Source of the DNA: the human T2T-CHM13v2.0 reference genome, Homo sapiens
Length of the DNA stretch: 64,000 nucleotides
Assembly: GCF_009914755.1 (NCBI RefSeq)
Contig: NC_060929.1
Reading direction: 5' to 3' (one strand)
Position 1 is the stretch's first letter. Every line of letters starts with the position of its first letter. The notes below the pieces were generated by a model. It searched no databases, was not told the origin of the DNA, and saw only the letters and a program-made list of their open reading frames with translations. The position numbers and the translations under genes are program-made. Positions 47,100 through 63,900 of this stretch are shown here, piece after piece.

Positions 47100-47390
47100 A
47101 ATAATAATAATAGCAATAATAGCAACAACAGCAATAATAGTATAAGAACTAATTACCAAAGTATTTACTAAATGACAGGTTTCATGCTAAGTGCTTGATG
47201 TGTCTTATGTAAGCCTCACAAGAAATTCAAGAGATAAGCTTTTCTATCTCCATTTTACAGAAGAGGAAACTGCAGTTCAGAGAATGTTCCCAGTATCACT
47301 TAGTAATTGGTCAAGCTGGGATTTGAACCCAGCTCCTCCCGCATCAAAAGCCCATGTGCTTAGCCTCCGGCCTCTGAGAAGACCAAGTAT
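47100..47390 (-). mobile_element. MIR
   Basis: ccattttacagaagaggaaactgcagttcagaga...gctgggatttgaacccag. Confidence 0.8.
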
Positions 47391-47938
47391 ACCCAGCTCT
47401 CTCTAAAAACCAAACAAAACAGTGTCTCACCTTAGTCTGAGTTGTGATGTTAAGTCTACACTTTCTAAAACATTTAAGTACCAACTAAAACAGAAAACAA
47501 GTTTTTACCAGTGCAAAGCTCTAACTGCATGGATTTTTCCATCTAGTTCATCAAGGCTGAATACTTGATTTAAAGAGGTAAGACCATAGAGGTTTCCCTC
47601 CAAGCTTCTACCCCTCAAAAAAGTGTGGGCAGTTTACAAGTATTGCAAACAATTACTGCTAGCAAATGCTTTGTATTTGTCTCTAAGATATCCTGTTGTT
47701 TGAATATGCCATTTTTTTTCAAACACGTAGTAAAGCATGGGCTGTCATTTTGTATTATATTCTACTGTGAAATGTGTTTAAAATTCTGCGTATTATGAAT
47801 ATGCTTCTGAAACTGAAATAAAAAGGTTTTGTTCTTCAGTACCAAAGGAGGATACTTTAATCCTCCTTTGTTTAATTTGGGGAGGGAAATAGACATTTAT
47901 TCAAATGAGTCTCAGAACAGTGCCTCTTGGTCTTGCAG

Positions 47939-48056
47939 TTGTAACCCTCCTGCAGTTCCTTATCTTGGGATGTACTTGACAGACCTGGCATTTATTGAAG
48001 AAGGAACACCAAACTTTACTGAGGAAGGCCTTGTCAATTTCTCCAAAATGAGAATG
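47939..48056 (+). CDS. RASGRF2: RASGRF2 coding exon: [39 protein letters not shown]
   Basis: tcttgcag acceptor, ATG|gtaggt donor. 118 nt, phase 2 to 0. RasGEF signature [11 protein letters not shown]...VNFSK. Confidence 0.97.
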
Positions 48057-48140
48057 GTAGGTATAATTTCATAATTAGCCTGTTTCAATGGCTTTAGAGG
48101 TTTATAGAGAAGAGGCTAAGTAATAAAAGTCAATGTCTGC

Positions 48141-48754
<614 letters not shown>

Positions 48755-48840
48755 CAATGTTTGCTTTTTAATCTTGCGGTGGAAGAGGAGGTGGATACTG
48801 GGACTAATACCCGATGTGGGCTGATTGAGGAGATTTTTGG

Positions 48841-49534
48841 TCATGAAATCCTTACTTAAACCAATGTCTAGAAGGGTTTTTCCAATGTTATCTTCTAGAA
48901 TTTTTATAGTTTCAGGTCTTAGGTTTAAGTCTTTAATCTATCTTGAGTTGATTTTTGTATAAGGTGAGAGGTGAGGATCCAGTTTCACTCTCCTACATAT
49001 GGCTTGCCAATTATCCGAGCACCATTTGTTGAAAAGGGTGTCCTTTCCCCACCTTACGTTTTTGTTTCTTTTGTTGAAGATTAGTTGGCTCTAAGTATTT
49101 GGATTTATTTCTGGGTTCTCTATTCTGTTCCATTGGTCTACATGCCTATTTTTGTACCAGTACCACGCTGTTTTGGTGACTGTGGCCTTATAGTATAGTT
49201 TGAAATCAGGTAGTGTGATGTCTCCAGATTTGTTCTTTTTGCTTAGTCTTGCTTTGGCTATGTGGGCTCCTTTTTGGTTCCATATGAGTTTTAGAATTAT
49301 TTTGTCTAATTCTGTGAAGAATGATGGTGGTATTTTGATGGGAATTGCATTGAATTTGTAGATTGCTTTTGGCAGTATGGTCATTTTCACAATACTGATT
49401 CTACCCATCCATGAGCATGGGATGTGTTTCCATTTGTTTGTGTTGTCTATGATTTCTTTCAGCAGTGTTTTGTAATTTTCACCAGTGTTTTGTAGAGGTC
49501 TTTCGATTCCTTGGTTAGGTATATTCCTAAGTAT
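48841..49534 (-). mobile_element. Internal L1 ORF2 fragment (L1PB/old L1PA-like) with 19-bp TSD
   Basis: Minus-strand ORF 49091-49576 reads ...[34 protein letters not shown]..., which is L1 ORF2. Flanked by tgattgaggagatttttgg twice. Confidence 0.93.
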
Positions 49535-49660
49535 TGATTGAGGAGATTTTTGGCAAAGCCATTTCAGCATCCCCAAGGAGATGGGGAATCCAAGGATGGC
49601 TTCCTAAGACTGACCAGTGATAGACACTTGCTGAAGGCTTCTTGCTAAACAGCCAGGTTC

Positions 49661-49987
<327 letters not shown>

Positions 49988-50294
49988 TAAGCTAGAAGCA
50001 AGGAGCCCACGGATGACAGCACCCAGAGCTTGCCTCTCCCAAACATGAGGCCACATATTGCCAGCTGTTCCCCAGTTTTGAATTCAGTATCTTTTTGCTT
50101 TTGGCATTTCATGTGCCTCCTTGAGAGTCAAGAAAGCACCAACCATAGGGAATGGTCAGGCAGGCTCCACCCGCCTCACTGGAGGAAGGGACTGACCCTT
50201 CTGGGAAGAGGCCTCAGAAGAATGTGCTGCAATGCAGGAAATACCTTTCTTTGCTTTTGTTGTTGTCATTTTGTTTTGTTTTTTTCTCTGTTAG

Positions 50295-50363
50295 ATATCA
50301 CACATCATCAGAGAGATACGCCAGTTCCAGCAGACTTCCTACAGAATAGATCATCAGCCAAAG
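50295..50363 (+). CDS. RASGRF2: RASGRF2 coding exon: [23 protein letters not shown]
   Basis: ctctgttag acceptor, AAG|gtaata donor. 69 nt, phase 0 to 0. Confidence 0.96.
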
Positions 50364-51073
50364 GTAATATTATGTGGCTGTGAAGAAATTAATAAAGAAA
50401 AAAGGGGAAATTAATGAATTAGAAAACAACAGTAAAAGTTGATCCAAAATACCAAAAGCTAGCTCATAGAAAAGACCAGTAAAATAGAAAATCTTTGGCT
50501 AGTCTGATTAAAAAAAAAAAAAAAAAGAACATCAATTCATCATCAAGTTCTATTGATTTTACTTCTTATATTTCTTGTGAATCCTCTTCCATTTGTCTTC
50601 ACTGCCAGAACCCTTGGTCCAAGCTGCCGATATCTGTTGCCTGCTCTACTTGCATTCACTCTAGGATGCAAAATTCATTCTACAAATTACAGCTAGGTAG
50701 AGCTCTCTGAAATGCAAAGTGGATTATTTTCTCCCTTACATAAAACATTTTCCTGGCTTCCCGTTGGTCTTAGGATTAAAAAAAATTAAGAATCTTTGAC
50801 ATGACTGTGAAGTCTCGCATTATATGGCCCCTACTTTTTTCTTAAGGTTCAGTTCACATCATATACCGCCTTACTGTCTCCATCCTAGTCACAAATGGTC
50901 TTTTACCCCATTTTTTAATAGACTTTACTTTTTTAGAATAGTTTTAGCTTCACAGAAAAATTGAGAAGGTAGTAGAGAAAATTCCCATATACCTCACAGC
51001 CAATGTCCCTATTATTATCTTACATTAGTATGATGTGTTTGTTTGACTTAATGAGCCCATATTGATACATTAC

Positions 51074-51352
51074 TTTATTATTATTTTGAGATGGAGTCTC
51101 GCTCTGTCGCCCAGCCTGGAGTGCAGTGGCACGATCTTGGCTCACTACAAGCTCCACCTCCCGGGTTCATGCCATTCTCCTGCCTCAGCCTCCTGAGTAG
51201 CCCGCCACCACGCCTGGCTAGTTTTTTGTATTTTAGTAGAGACGGGGTTTCACCATGTTAGCCAGGATGGTCTTGAACTCCTGACCTCATGATCCTCCCG
51301 CCTCTGCCTCCCAAAGTGCTGGGATTACAGGTGTGAGCCACTGCTCTCAGCC
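51074..51352 (-). mobile_element. AluY/Sc-like with a small internal deletion
   Basis: Antisense dimer lacking the ctgggactacaggcg segment. Confidence 0.9.
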
Positions 51353-52153
51353 AATACCTTATTATTAACTGAAGACCATCATTTATTCAGATTTCCTTAT
51401 TTTTTACCTAATATCCTCTTTCTGCTCCAGGATCCCATCCAGGACACCACATGTCATTTAATTGTCAAAATTCTTTAGGCTCCTCTTGGTTGTGGTGGTT
51501 TCTTAGACTTTCCTTAATTTGGGTGGCCTTGACTGTTTTGAGGAGTAGAGGTCAGGTATTTTGCAGGATGGCCCACTGTGGAAATCTGTCAGATGTTTAC
51601 TCAGGGTTAGCCTGGGGTTATGGGTTATTGGAAGGAAGACCCCAGAGGTGAAGTGCCATTTTCATCACATCATATCAGGGGTTATATTATCAACCTAATT
51701 TCTGACTGTTGATGTTAGCTTGAATCGCCTGGCTAAGGTAGTGTTTGCTGGGTGTCTCCACTGTAAAGTTATTCTTTTTCCTTCCTTCCTCATCCTGTAT
51801 TCTTGGGAAGGAAGTCACTATGAACACCCCACACCTAAGGAATGGAGAATTATGCCTGCCTCTCCTTGAGAGCGAAATATCTACATAAATTACTTGGAAT
51901 TCTTCTGCTCAAGAGATTTGTTTCTTCTCCATTTATTAATTTATTCAATCATTTATTTATATCAGTATGGACTAATGGATTTGATACTTAGGGTTGTCAT
52001 CCAATAATGTTTTATTCTATTGCTGAAACTGTTCCAAGCTTGGCCATCGGGTGCTCTTTCAGTTGACCTCTTTGTCATACCCCAATCCATGTAGGGTTTT
52101 CTCTTTTTCTTTTTTGAGGACTTTCTTACTTTCTGATAGTATAAGATGCTCCA

Positions 52154-52590
<437 letters not shown>

Positions 52591-53314
52591 AAGATGCTCT
52601 AGACTCATCTTTTATATTTTGCCCCCGTCCTAGTTTCAGATATTTCTGCCAAAAGCTCTAGTTCCTTTTTTTGGAGAATGGTTTCAGCAACCAAGATATG
52701 GGCTTTAGATATGCTTGCGTTATGGAGGTATCAGCTGACAGAGCATAGGAATCTATGTGTGTATAGATTTTATACACATCTATTTATAAATATATCTCTA
52801 TGTAACCATCAGTATTTGTATTAAGCTAAATATACTGATGCCCCCAACTCTATTCTATTACCATGTGAATCATTTCAGCCCTCTCCCCACATTTGCTTAT
52901 CTGTAAATTCCCTCTCCAACAGTGAGAGACACACTTTCTTTTAACAGCCCCTAGGTTTTGCCCTATTTCTGTCTGCCACAAGGCCTTTACCTATGTTCTT
53001 CCTTCTGTCTGGAGTGCCCTTTCTTCCTCATTGCACAGTTTACTTGTACACAGCTTAAGTATCACTTAGGAAGACTTTCCTAACTTTCCCAATCCCCACT
53101 CCACTCTTAAGGTTGTATTGCACCATGTAAGTCTCCTTTCTAGCACTTACTGCTGGAGTCACCATTTTACATTTATTTGTGTGATTATGTGCACATGCAT
53201 GATATCCATGAAGTTCAGAGCTGGACCTACTGTGTTTATTGTCATAGCCCCAGCATCTTGCACAGTGCCTGGACCATAGTAGATAATAAATGTTTCTTGA
53301 ATTAGTTAATTCAA

Positions 53315-55612
<2,298 letters not shown>

Positions 55613-56259
55613 GAAATATTTTCATGAAAATCCCCCATGCCCCAACATATTCATTTCTAGTGTCAATTCCTTTCCTTTCACTTCTGATATCTACCCTAGC
55701 CTAGCAGAGTATTCACGCATGCACTCCAGGAAGCATGCTAACAAGGAATTCACTGAAACTTTGTGTAACAGTGAAGTATTGACAGCAACTCAACATCTAT
55801 CAATATGAGATTATTAAATAAGCTCCAATATATTGCACTATTAATACTGTATAGCAGTTAGAGCTCTATCTACTGTCACAGGGAGCTCTCTCCAACCTAT
55901 CATTAAGAGATGAAAGCAGAATAAAATGTGCACCATGGTGCCAATTTTAGGGGGAAAAATGATTTCTGTAAGTACATGTAATCTCTATAAAGACATAGAA
56001 AAACAACTGGGAGAAAACAAACCAATTAGTAACAGTAGTTCCTCTTGAGGGAGGTACCTGGGATTGGGGGTTGAGAGAGGACTAGAGATGTTCACCTTTT
56101 TTTTTTTTTTTTAACAATGGAAACATATTTATGATTTTTTGGTCAAATAAGATTTTTAGTTGTTTAAGAGAAAATGTTGAATTGTGTTAGATTCCGTCAG
56201 AAAATGTACGCACTGGTGTCTGAAAGAGGTAAAAGCTGGGACTTCCCCTTTTTTTTCAG

Positions 56260-56352
56260 GTCGCACAGTACTTGCTTGACAAAGACCTTATCATAGATGA
56301 AGATACGCTATATGAGCTGTCACTAAAAATTGAACCTCGACTCCCTGCTTGA
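56260..56352 (+). CDS. RASGRF2: RASGRF2 terminal coding segment: [30 protein letters not shown]
   Basis: ttttttcag acceptor, TGA at 56350-56352. The LSLKIEP ending is typical of the CDC25 family. Confidence 0.97.
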   Translation, partial: VAQYLLDKDLIIDEDTLYELSLKIEPRLPA

Positions 56353-58671
56353 AGATCTGGCCTTGCCCCTGAGTCCACGGGATGTTCATGGAAAGCAGGA
56401 CAGACAGAATTGTGTATGCCTTGCCTATCACGGTACAGCACGAAGCCAGGCTCCTTTCTCCACCAAAGAAGATGGAACCAGACTGGAATTCTGTCTCCAG
56501 AGAGAAACCCAGCTGTTTGGGTCAAAGACAGATGCTTCAGACTTGGGTGGGAAGGTGAAAGATGGCTATTTAGAAAGCTGGTGGCACGTTTTACATAAGG
56601 GAATGTCAGATGGGAGATGCTAGTTGCCATTTTAACAAAGCAGGTAAATCGGTAAATTTTAAACTCTGTCCATGTTCTGTTAGAACTCAGGGACAAGGAT
56701 CCATGAAAAAGACCTGTGATGTTTCTCTGGCGCTTTACTGGCCTGGGCACACCTACCAATCTTCTAGGATTTGACTGGTTCCATTACATTTCCTTTTGGT
56801 ATAAGCTTCACAGAAAAGCTGACACTTCCTCTACAGAGATGGACCAAAACATAAGCAATTTCAGTCTACAGCATGTGCATGGTTGTCAGTGCATTCTAAA
56901 TATTTCTATGTGAGGAATGGTACCTTCTGAAACTGCCTTTCCAGTCTTTAGGCAATGGGATAGGAAAGAAAGAATGAAACACAAATGGATTTGTATGTAA
57001 CATTTCCTTAATTAAATGCAGTAGGCTGTGCCCCAGAGGATTCCAGACAGTGGCTGGCTGAGGTGGGTGGGGAGCTTTTCCTTGAGACTGTTGGTCCTAA
57101 GAAGCCAGCCCTTTTGGAGAGGCAGCTGCAAAAAGGTGCACGCCCATCTCACCGACAAAACTGTGGAACAGAAGGCCACCAAGTGCTGTGGGGAATCATG
57201 GGTTTCAGTGCTGAGTGAAAATCTATACCTAAAAATCATCTCTGCACCTTGCTTTGTTTGTTTTCTTTCCCCACTCATAGTACTGCAGGAATCTATTCTC
57301 ATTTACACAGACCTTTTTTTAGGCTTACTATGAACATTGGCTGTATTTTTTTTAAACAGTTTAGTGAAATTTTCTTTTCAAAACCCACACTTCCATATGC
57401 TGTTCGTAGATCTCTTTCTTTAAAAACTGATGTTGAGAGATCTCTGAGAATATTATAAGTGCATGGGAAATGGGCCCAACCACCGAACAGCTCTTACATT
57501 ACAAAACCAAATGCAAGGGTTAGTCCTGCTACCTGAGGCTGGGGAAGTGACCTTCCTTTTCCCAAGATTGTCAGTTGTTGAAGAAATAGGGCTATCTCAT
57601 TGTTTACCTCCCTCTTCTCTTCTCAGGGAGACTGCTGCTTTAAAAGAAGGAAGAGAAAAAATATAGTTCTATTTCCCTGAACCTGTTGCACCTGACATTT
57701 TCTCTTAGCAGCATGAAACTTATTGATGCTGACAATGAAAAATGGATCTGTCTGGCTGCTTTCCCTCTTTCCTTGCACTTTAATTATGTTGCTAGAGCTA
57801 ACAGACTAATAAATTCCACCTGCTGGCTCTTAAGACTCAGTGAAAGAGCTAGCATTGGTAATGCACCATAGAGGTAGAGAATGTACACTTTCTGCACGGT
57901 AAGTGCCATCTCTGTATGTAACTATATAGTGAAATATCAACTAAGTAAAAGAAAATATAATATTTGAAGACCATTCCCAAAATATTTTCAATAGTTCATA
58001 TTAGCCAACAGTGTAGCACTCAACCCAAGGAGGGTTCCTTATGGATGCTTTCTTTTTCTTTTTTAAAGTTGCTTGTTTGTTCTCTTTAGTTTCAAATAAG
58101 AGGTTGACGCATCTTGATGCATGATGAGAAGCATGGGCTGTTTGGATCCTAACAACGCATAACTTGTGATTTATTTCTCAGTGCTCCAGAAACTGAGGGT
58201 TTGAAATAATATGTATCAGTTGCACCAAACACCTCAAGGTCTTGCAGAAGAAAAGTAAAGGTTAGCTTTCATGGCTCAAAAGCATAGTCCTGAAGGGTGA
58301 ACTAAAACCGGGACAAATCTGTGAGAGGACCACACACATACTAGTTTCGGGCCAAACAACACGTGGAAAGGTGCATGCATTCTACTCTGCCTTGGAGTTG
58401 CCAGAGTCCTTCAGAGGGAAAGGGATGGTTCTGTGTGCACTTTTTCTGGAAGTTCGGACTCATTTCTTTGACCCAAATGTTCCAGAGACACTGCAGCCAT
58501 TCTTATTAACAAAAAATAAGACAGGAGTTTCCAAATGCTCCTTCCCTTTTGGATCGCAGCTTTTCTTCAACTAGTGACAAAGCTTTTGCGCCTATTTCCT
58601 GCAGGATGTTGGAACTGCCCCGCACTGGTCATATTAGGCACTGTCAATTGCTATGCTGACTTTTAGGGGGT

Positions 58672-58799
58672 TTTTGTTTGTTTGAAAAACAGGGTCTCAC
58701 CATGTTGCCCAGGCTGGTCTCGAACTCCTGGACTCAAGCAATCTTCCTGCCTCAGCCTCTCAAGCAGCTGGGACTGCAGGGGTGTGCCACTCACTAGCC
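58672..58799 (-). mobile_element. FLAM-like Alu monomer within the 3'UTR
   Basis: agggtctcaccatgttgcccaggctggtctcgaactcctggactcaagc. Confidence 0.88.
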
Positions 58800-60289
58800 T
58801 TTCGCATTTTTGTTTGAGAATTACACCACTTTCTGGAGTCTGCAGCCTTCCTGGAGCTGCAAGAGGGCAAGAGAGAGAGCTCCACCTCTGAGGGAGTGTC
58901 TGTTGATGACCTGCACTATTCGTGTGCCAGCTGGGAGAGGAATGCACATTTTAAAATCCCTTCAATTTGGTCAAATTAAAAATCCCCAAGAGCAATTTGC
59001 AGTGTTTTTTCTGGTCGTTAAAGTACCCATCCTCTTCTGCCTACACACAAAGCATGCATTCCCAGCTGCATCTGCCTCTAGTCCATTATGGAGACCCATT
59101 TCTAAGAGGAGATGGGAGGTCAACCTCTAACAGCCAAGTAGCGAACATGTATACTGTAAAATTAACCTAGAAAATCAGAAGAAAAATCCAATTTCATGCT
59201 TTCGAATGAATGCCCACATTTTGTACTGTCAACGAAATTATCTTGGAGCTTTTAGGGGATGCCTTTTCGTTATTAACTGAGACATCTAGTTTTGCTACAG
59301 GGACAAATCTCTTACCTAATCCAATATATTATTTGACAGATTCAGGCATGAAGTAAAACGTCGTCACTTTTCCTTAGTGCTTTTCTGAAGGAATTTAAAG
59401 ACGGAATTTTAAACGGCCATTGCAATATTTTCAAGTGGCTCTCATACCAAGTCCCATTACTGTTTGTTAAATTTCAGTACGTCTTAAAGTACTACTTATA
59501 AACAAATGAAACTCAGAGAAACTGAATCACCTGGAAGAGAAAAATCCATTATGGTCCCATGTGGAGTGAATAATGATGGATCAGCACCCTTTCTCTCATG
59601 TTATTGTATAAGACGAGACTTTTGGGCCAGCAGCGATTGGGCAGCTTTTAAATTCTTAACTGAAAAGAGTAATGCAATACAGGGATTATTCCCAATAAAA
59701 TTAACTTTTATTTAAAAGCAAGAGATTTTACTTAGCTTTTTTTTTTCAAAGTTTGATTTTATCCCCTTGAAAAAAAATCTCTTCACTTTAAAGTATAAAG
59801 GTTTTTAAAAATCCAATTGCAAAATGTATTATTTTTACAACTATCGAAAAGGCATAAAAGAGAACATACTATTTATGGCTGAAGGGTATAGCCAGGCTAA
59901 TGTGCACAGAGGGAATCAATAAATAAAACTCTTTTTCATTTCAGTAAGAAATCAGATTGTAAGTTTAATGGCTCCATTATAGATACCACCGTGTAATAGA
60001 AGACTTAAGTCAATGAAATCTAATCAGTGTGTCATTTCTCAGCGGCCATTGGTGACTTAAAATTAAGATGAGGCAGAGCCAAAATGGAAAACAGTCATTT
60101 TGTTGTAGGTATAAACACATGAACGATTCAGAAAATTATTCATCTCAGCTGCCATGCAGCATGACATTAACATTAGGATTGATAGCACTAGTCTGATCTG
60201 CTCAAGGAAAATAATAGTTCTATTATACTTAATGATGTTGGTTTTTACACAGCTCATTTCATTTTTCACTAGAAAGCCAGTTATGAAAG

Positions 60290-60495
60290 AGAGCTGGCCT
60301 AGGCATCCCGGCCCTGAGTCCTAGGCCCAGTCTCCAACTGGAAAACCTTAGGCTGGTGTTTACACATCCCTGAGCCTCAGTTTCCTCATCTGCAAAACGG
60401 TGTGAATAGTAATCCCTGTGCTGCTTATCTCACAGGGCTATTGTGAGGACCAAATGGATTAGACTGTAAACTGCAAAGTGCTGTCCGCACATGAG
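60290..60495 (+). mobile_element. MIR within the 3'UTR
   Basis: ctgagcctcagtttcctcatctgcaaaa...ctcacagggctattgtgagga. Confidence 0.8.
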
Positions 60496-60716
60496 GTCAT
60501 CTGATTACTGTCCTCAGATCTCTTTTGTAGAGGATTTCAATGTATTTCTTTATCATTTGAGTGTGTGTGTGATGGACGAATATGTGTGTGAGTTTGAGAA
60601 GCATATCGTTCGTGTCCAGTTACTTTGCAAATTTGTGGACATTTGTGATTGGACAGAGGGGTTTGTGCTGTGGCCTAACACTTGCCAAGTGAGGTGTAGG
60701 TTATGCCTATATGCAA

Positions 60717-60722
60717 ATTAAA
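60717..60722 (+). terminator. Probable distal polyadenylation signal ATTAAA
   Basis: ATTAAA followed by a U-rich element (ggtttcttcatttaactctttttcc), just before an LTR. Confidence 0.65.
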
Positions 60723-60819
60723 CTTCACCTTTCTTGAATATTCAGAAATCTCACTGGTTTCTTCATTTAACTCTTTTTCCCCCCATTTTTCTACATTGTC
60801 AACTTAAAACCATGAAATG

Positions 60820-61521
60820 TATACATTTAGAAAAAATAGAACTTAATTTCTTATAAAGGGTTACAATCTGCAGGCTGGAGCCTCTGGCCAAAGCCAAAAG
60901 CAAGCACTTCAGATAAAAAAGGGAGAGGCTGAGATTTATGCCCAACAAGATGAGCCTTACATATACATTTAGTAGGTTATAGGATAATCTTATGAATATT
61001 TATGAGAGGCCCTAATGCATGCATAGCCAGTAATCATATATGTTACATGTTACATACAACCCATGTTCACTTTGGGATGGAGACTTAAAATGTAGTAAAA
61101 TTGGGCTCTATATGTCAAAAGATGGAACACAGGGCACAAAGACGCTTGGTGTGCAATCTCTGTAAACCGGCCAGAACCGGCTGTGGTCTGTGGTCAGTTA
61201 TGAGGATGGAGTGCTTTGTAAGGCTGAACACTTGTCAGGGGGAAACTGCGTTGAGGGAAGGGGGGTTCGCCACGTCAGGTTGTCTGTTGAAGTTGAGGAA
61301 GAAATCTTCCAGACATAGTTTTTCAGTAACTGGTTTTAGTTTAATTTTAGGAAAGAAAGTCTTGAGGCAGTTATCGAGGTGGGAGAGCGTTGGGTGTGAC
61401 TGACCTCTTGCCTTGCCAAAGCTGTAGAATCTGGTTTTTAATGTTTCCTGGGGTCTCTTTTTACCACAATGAGTCTGTTTTGTTTTGCTTGGGGGCCTAG
61501 GGGCTTTATTTTTATTTTACA
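60820..61521 (-). mobile_element. ERV1 (MER4-group-like) solo LTR
   Basis: Reverse strand starts tgtaaaataaaaataaagcccctaggccccc. Internal tatgaatatttatg and ccatgttcactttgggatggagactt motifs. Confidence 0.7.
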
Positions 61522-63239
61522 TCTTCTTCATAGCAGTGAACTCCTTCAGATATATTATTTACTTCTAAATATTACTTCTAAAGTTCAGGGAGAAAAACAG
61601 TTTAGAAGAGGCCCTAAAATTCAAAGAATTTGGGGAAAGCTTTGAAATGATACGAAGGATCAACTAATCACACTTTCTTTGCAGTGCTTAGATTCTTCCT
61701 GTGACATCCCCAGCCTATATTTGATACCTCCAGGCACAGAGAACTCACTACTACCTGGAACAGCTCAGTCCATTGCACAGCAGCTCAACGCTCCTGAATG
61801 GGTGGTGGAGAGAGGAGAAGCCGCCAGGGTAGAGTCCTGGCCTAATAGTCACCAGGCTCCACCTAGGAGGGGCTTCTGAAATAAGACTCCTGTCTACCCC
61901 TAAAATAACTGCAGTGGTTATATGGATTACTATATATGAAAATACTTTAACTTCTATGAAGTTGTGGCAACATTTAGAGCTGATGGAATTAAGTTACAGT
62001 TGCTGGACACAAGAATAGACTAAGGAAAGGGGTCCCTCCTGCCCAATTCTGAAATGAGCAATCCAGGCTGGTGCGACAGAGGAACCCAGGTTCCTTTCAT
62101 CCTATTACTTGCTCATCCCACAAGGCGTCATCCTTGCCTTCGAGGTCAAATCTGGGGCCTGCTCTAGCCACACTCCTGCTGGACTCAGGAACAGAAAAGA
62201 GAATAAGTCCAGGACATTTTCCTTTAAAGCAAATGATATGGCAGTCGCACACTTCAATTCTGTTCCTGCCCTTATGGCAGAAGCCAGCCACAGGGCAGCC
62301 TGGTGTGGCTAGAGCCCCAGAGCTTCAAAAGGAGTTGGTAACGATGAGAAGGGAATAGATGCCATGTGACAGGGATGGCATTTGAAAGATTTCCAGAAAG
62401 CCAGAATTTCTACTGTGAGTCCCTTGTAGAGATTTCATCCCCATCACACCACCTTTATAATAAGCTTGAAGAGGACCAGTCCCCCAAAAGAAGGGTGGTA
62501 CCCTCTTTTCTCAACAATGACCCAATTTTTCTTCTGACCTTACTAACATAAACATTTACTCTATAAAATATAAGGTGTTGAGGTCGGGTGAGTGGAGGGG
62601 GCCCTAAATGTTGATTAGGCAATTGGGGAGGAAAAGGAGGTTTTTGCTATAACTGCCATTCTTTAAATCTACAATTCCATGCTCTTTAAAAGCCTTATAA
62701 TTTTCTGGATCTGGGAGCTGGGCTATTTCAGGGTCAATGGATTTATTTCAGTTGGTGCCTGAACTGACTTGAAACAAGTGTGTGTGGAAAAGAGCTATTT
62801 TGAGAAGGAATAAACCGAGACTGCCCTGATGATAGAATATGCAAGCTGGTGGGTCTTGACTCCTTAAAGGATTATGAAATTAATTTGATTGGTCCCAATC
62901 TTTATATAACCACCCCAATCAGGAAACTTCCCATCCCGCCAAAAGGCCCCCTCACGTGCTCTCCCTGTCAGTACCCCATGCAAAGGTAAAATAGATGATA
63001 TTTTTAAACATGGGTCGTGTTTAAAAGAAATGGAAACTCCTTCAGAGAATGAAGGAGAACCACACTGGGTAGAAGGTTATTCCTGGGGCTCCACCCCTTG
63101 CTCCATCAAGTCCTCTGAGCATGAGCTGGGCTCTGAGAAGGAAGAGACAGGAACCAATTGGTCATGTCCACGTGGCCTCAGAAGCTGAGTACGTGACGGT
63201 CACCAGATGCCTAGGCAGGCTCCCTTGAAATGGCAGGGC

Positions 63240-63900
63240 TGCTGTCCAAAATCCTGCTGGGTCATTGCTATTTACAGGCAGCCTTCCCGGCGTGCGGTGG
63301 ATATCCCAAGCGGGGCTATTTTTAAGCAGGGCTATGGCCTGCCGTGGGTTAAGCTGGTGTGGACAGAAAGCGAGATGATCTAGCCATCTACTGCAGGGGG
63401 CCTGATCTTGAACAGAAACCTGACTGTAATTGTCCCTGGATCCAGGTCCCAGACAAAGACGCTGGAAGGAGGTCCCTCCAGCCCCTGGCTCAGGGCCCGG
63501 TCAGCTGCTGGAGCCAGGCAGCTTGAGACATCCTCCTCTCCGACCTTGGCTTGAGGGGTTCATCCTCCAGAGCTCACCAGGGCCCCAAGGCTGGTACACC
63601 TGAGAGAAGAGAGAAACAAATCCCCCAACAGATGTGCAATTTCACCTGCTGGCCCTTCCATTCTGAGATCCAGAGCCCTGGCAAAGGAGCCTCCAGGACC
63701 AGGCCTGGGAAGCAAGACTGGCTCCGCCTTTTACGTTTCAGAGAAAGGGCAGGTGCTATAAAGGGCCCAGCGCCCACGGGCCTGCCTTCAAGGGTACAGC
63801 TGTGGGGGCCGGTGCGCCCGGAGGTCTACGCTGGGATTGGTGAGGTCCTCTGGCCCCGCCCCGCCAGGGAGGATTTCCAGGCCGGCCCGACCAGCTCGCC
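63240..63900 (+). promoter_or_regulatory. CKMT2: Striated-muscle-type promoter, probably CKMT2
   Basis: MEF2 CTATTTTTAA at 63316-63325, E-boxes CAGCTG at 63502 and 63797, CACCTG at 63643, TATAAA at 63757-63762, GC box at 63854-63865, rising CpG density. Gene identity comes from known gene order downstream of RASGRF2, since no coding sequence is in the window. Confidence 0.75.

Larger units (their letters stand above)
56353..60745 (+). other. RASGRF2: RASGRF2 3'UTR (~4.4 kb; 3' end approximate)
   Basis: Repeat-poor AT-rich sequence after the stop codon. End inferred from ATTAAA at 60717 with a U-rich downstream tract. Confidence 0.7.

Noticed and set aside
49091-49576. 161-aa reverse-transcriptase-related ORF as a gene
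   Set aside because: A dead L1 ORF2 fragment. Its start lies outside the element in flanking DNA.
56256-56759. 167-aa antisense ORF over the last exon
   Set aside because: No homology recognised and no ATG start or promoter evidence.
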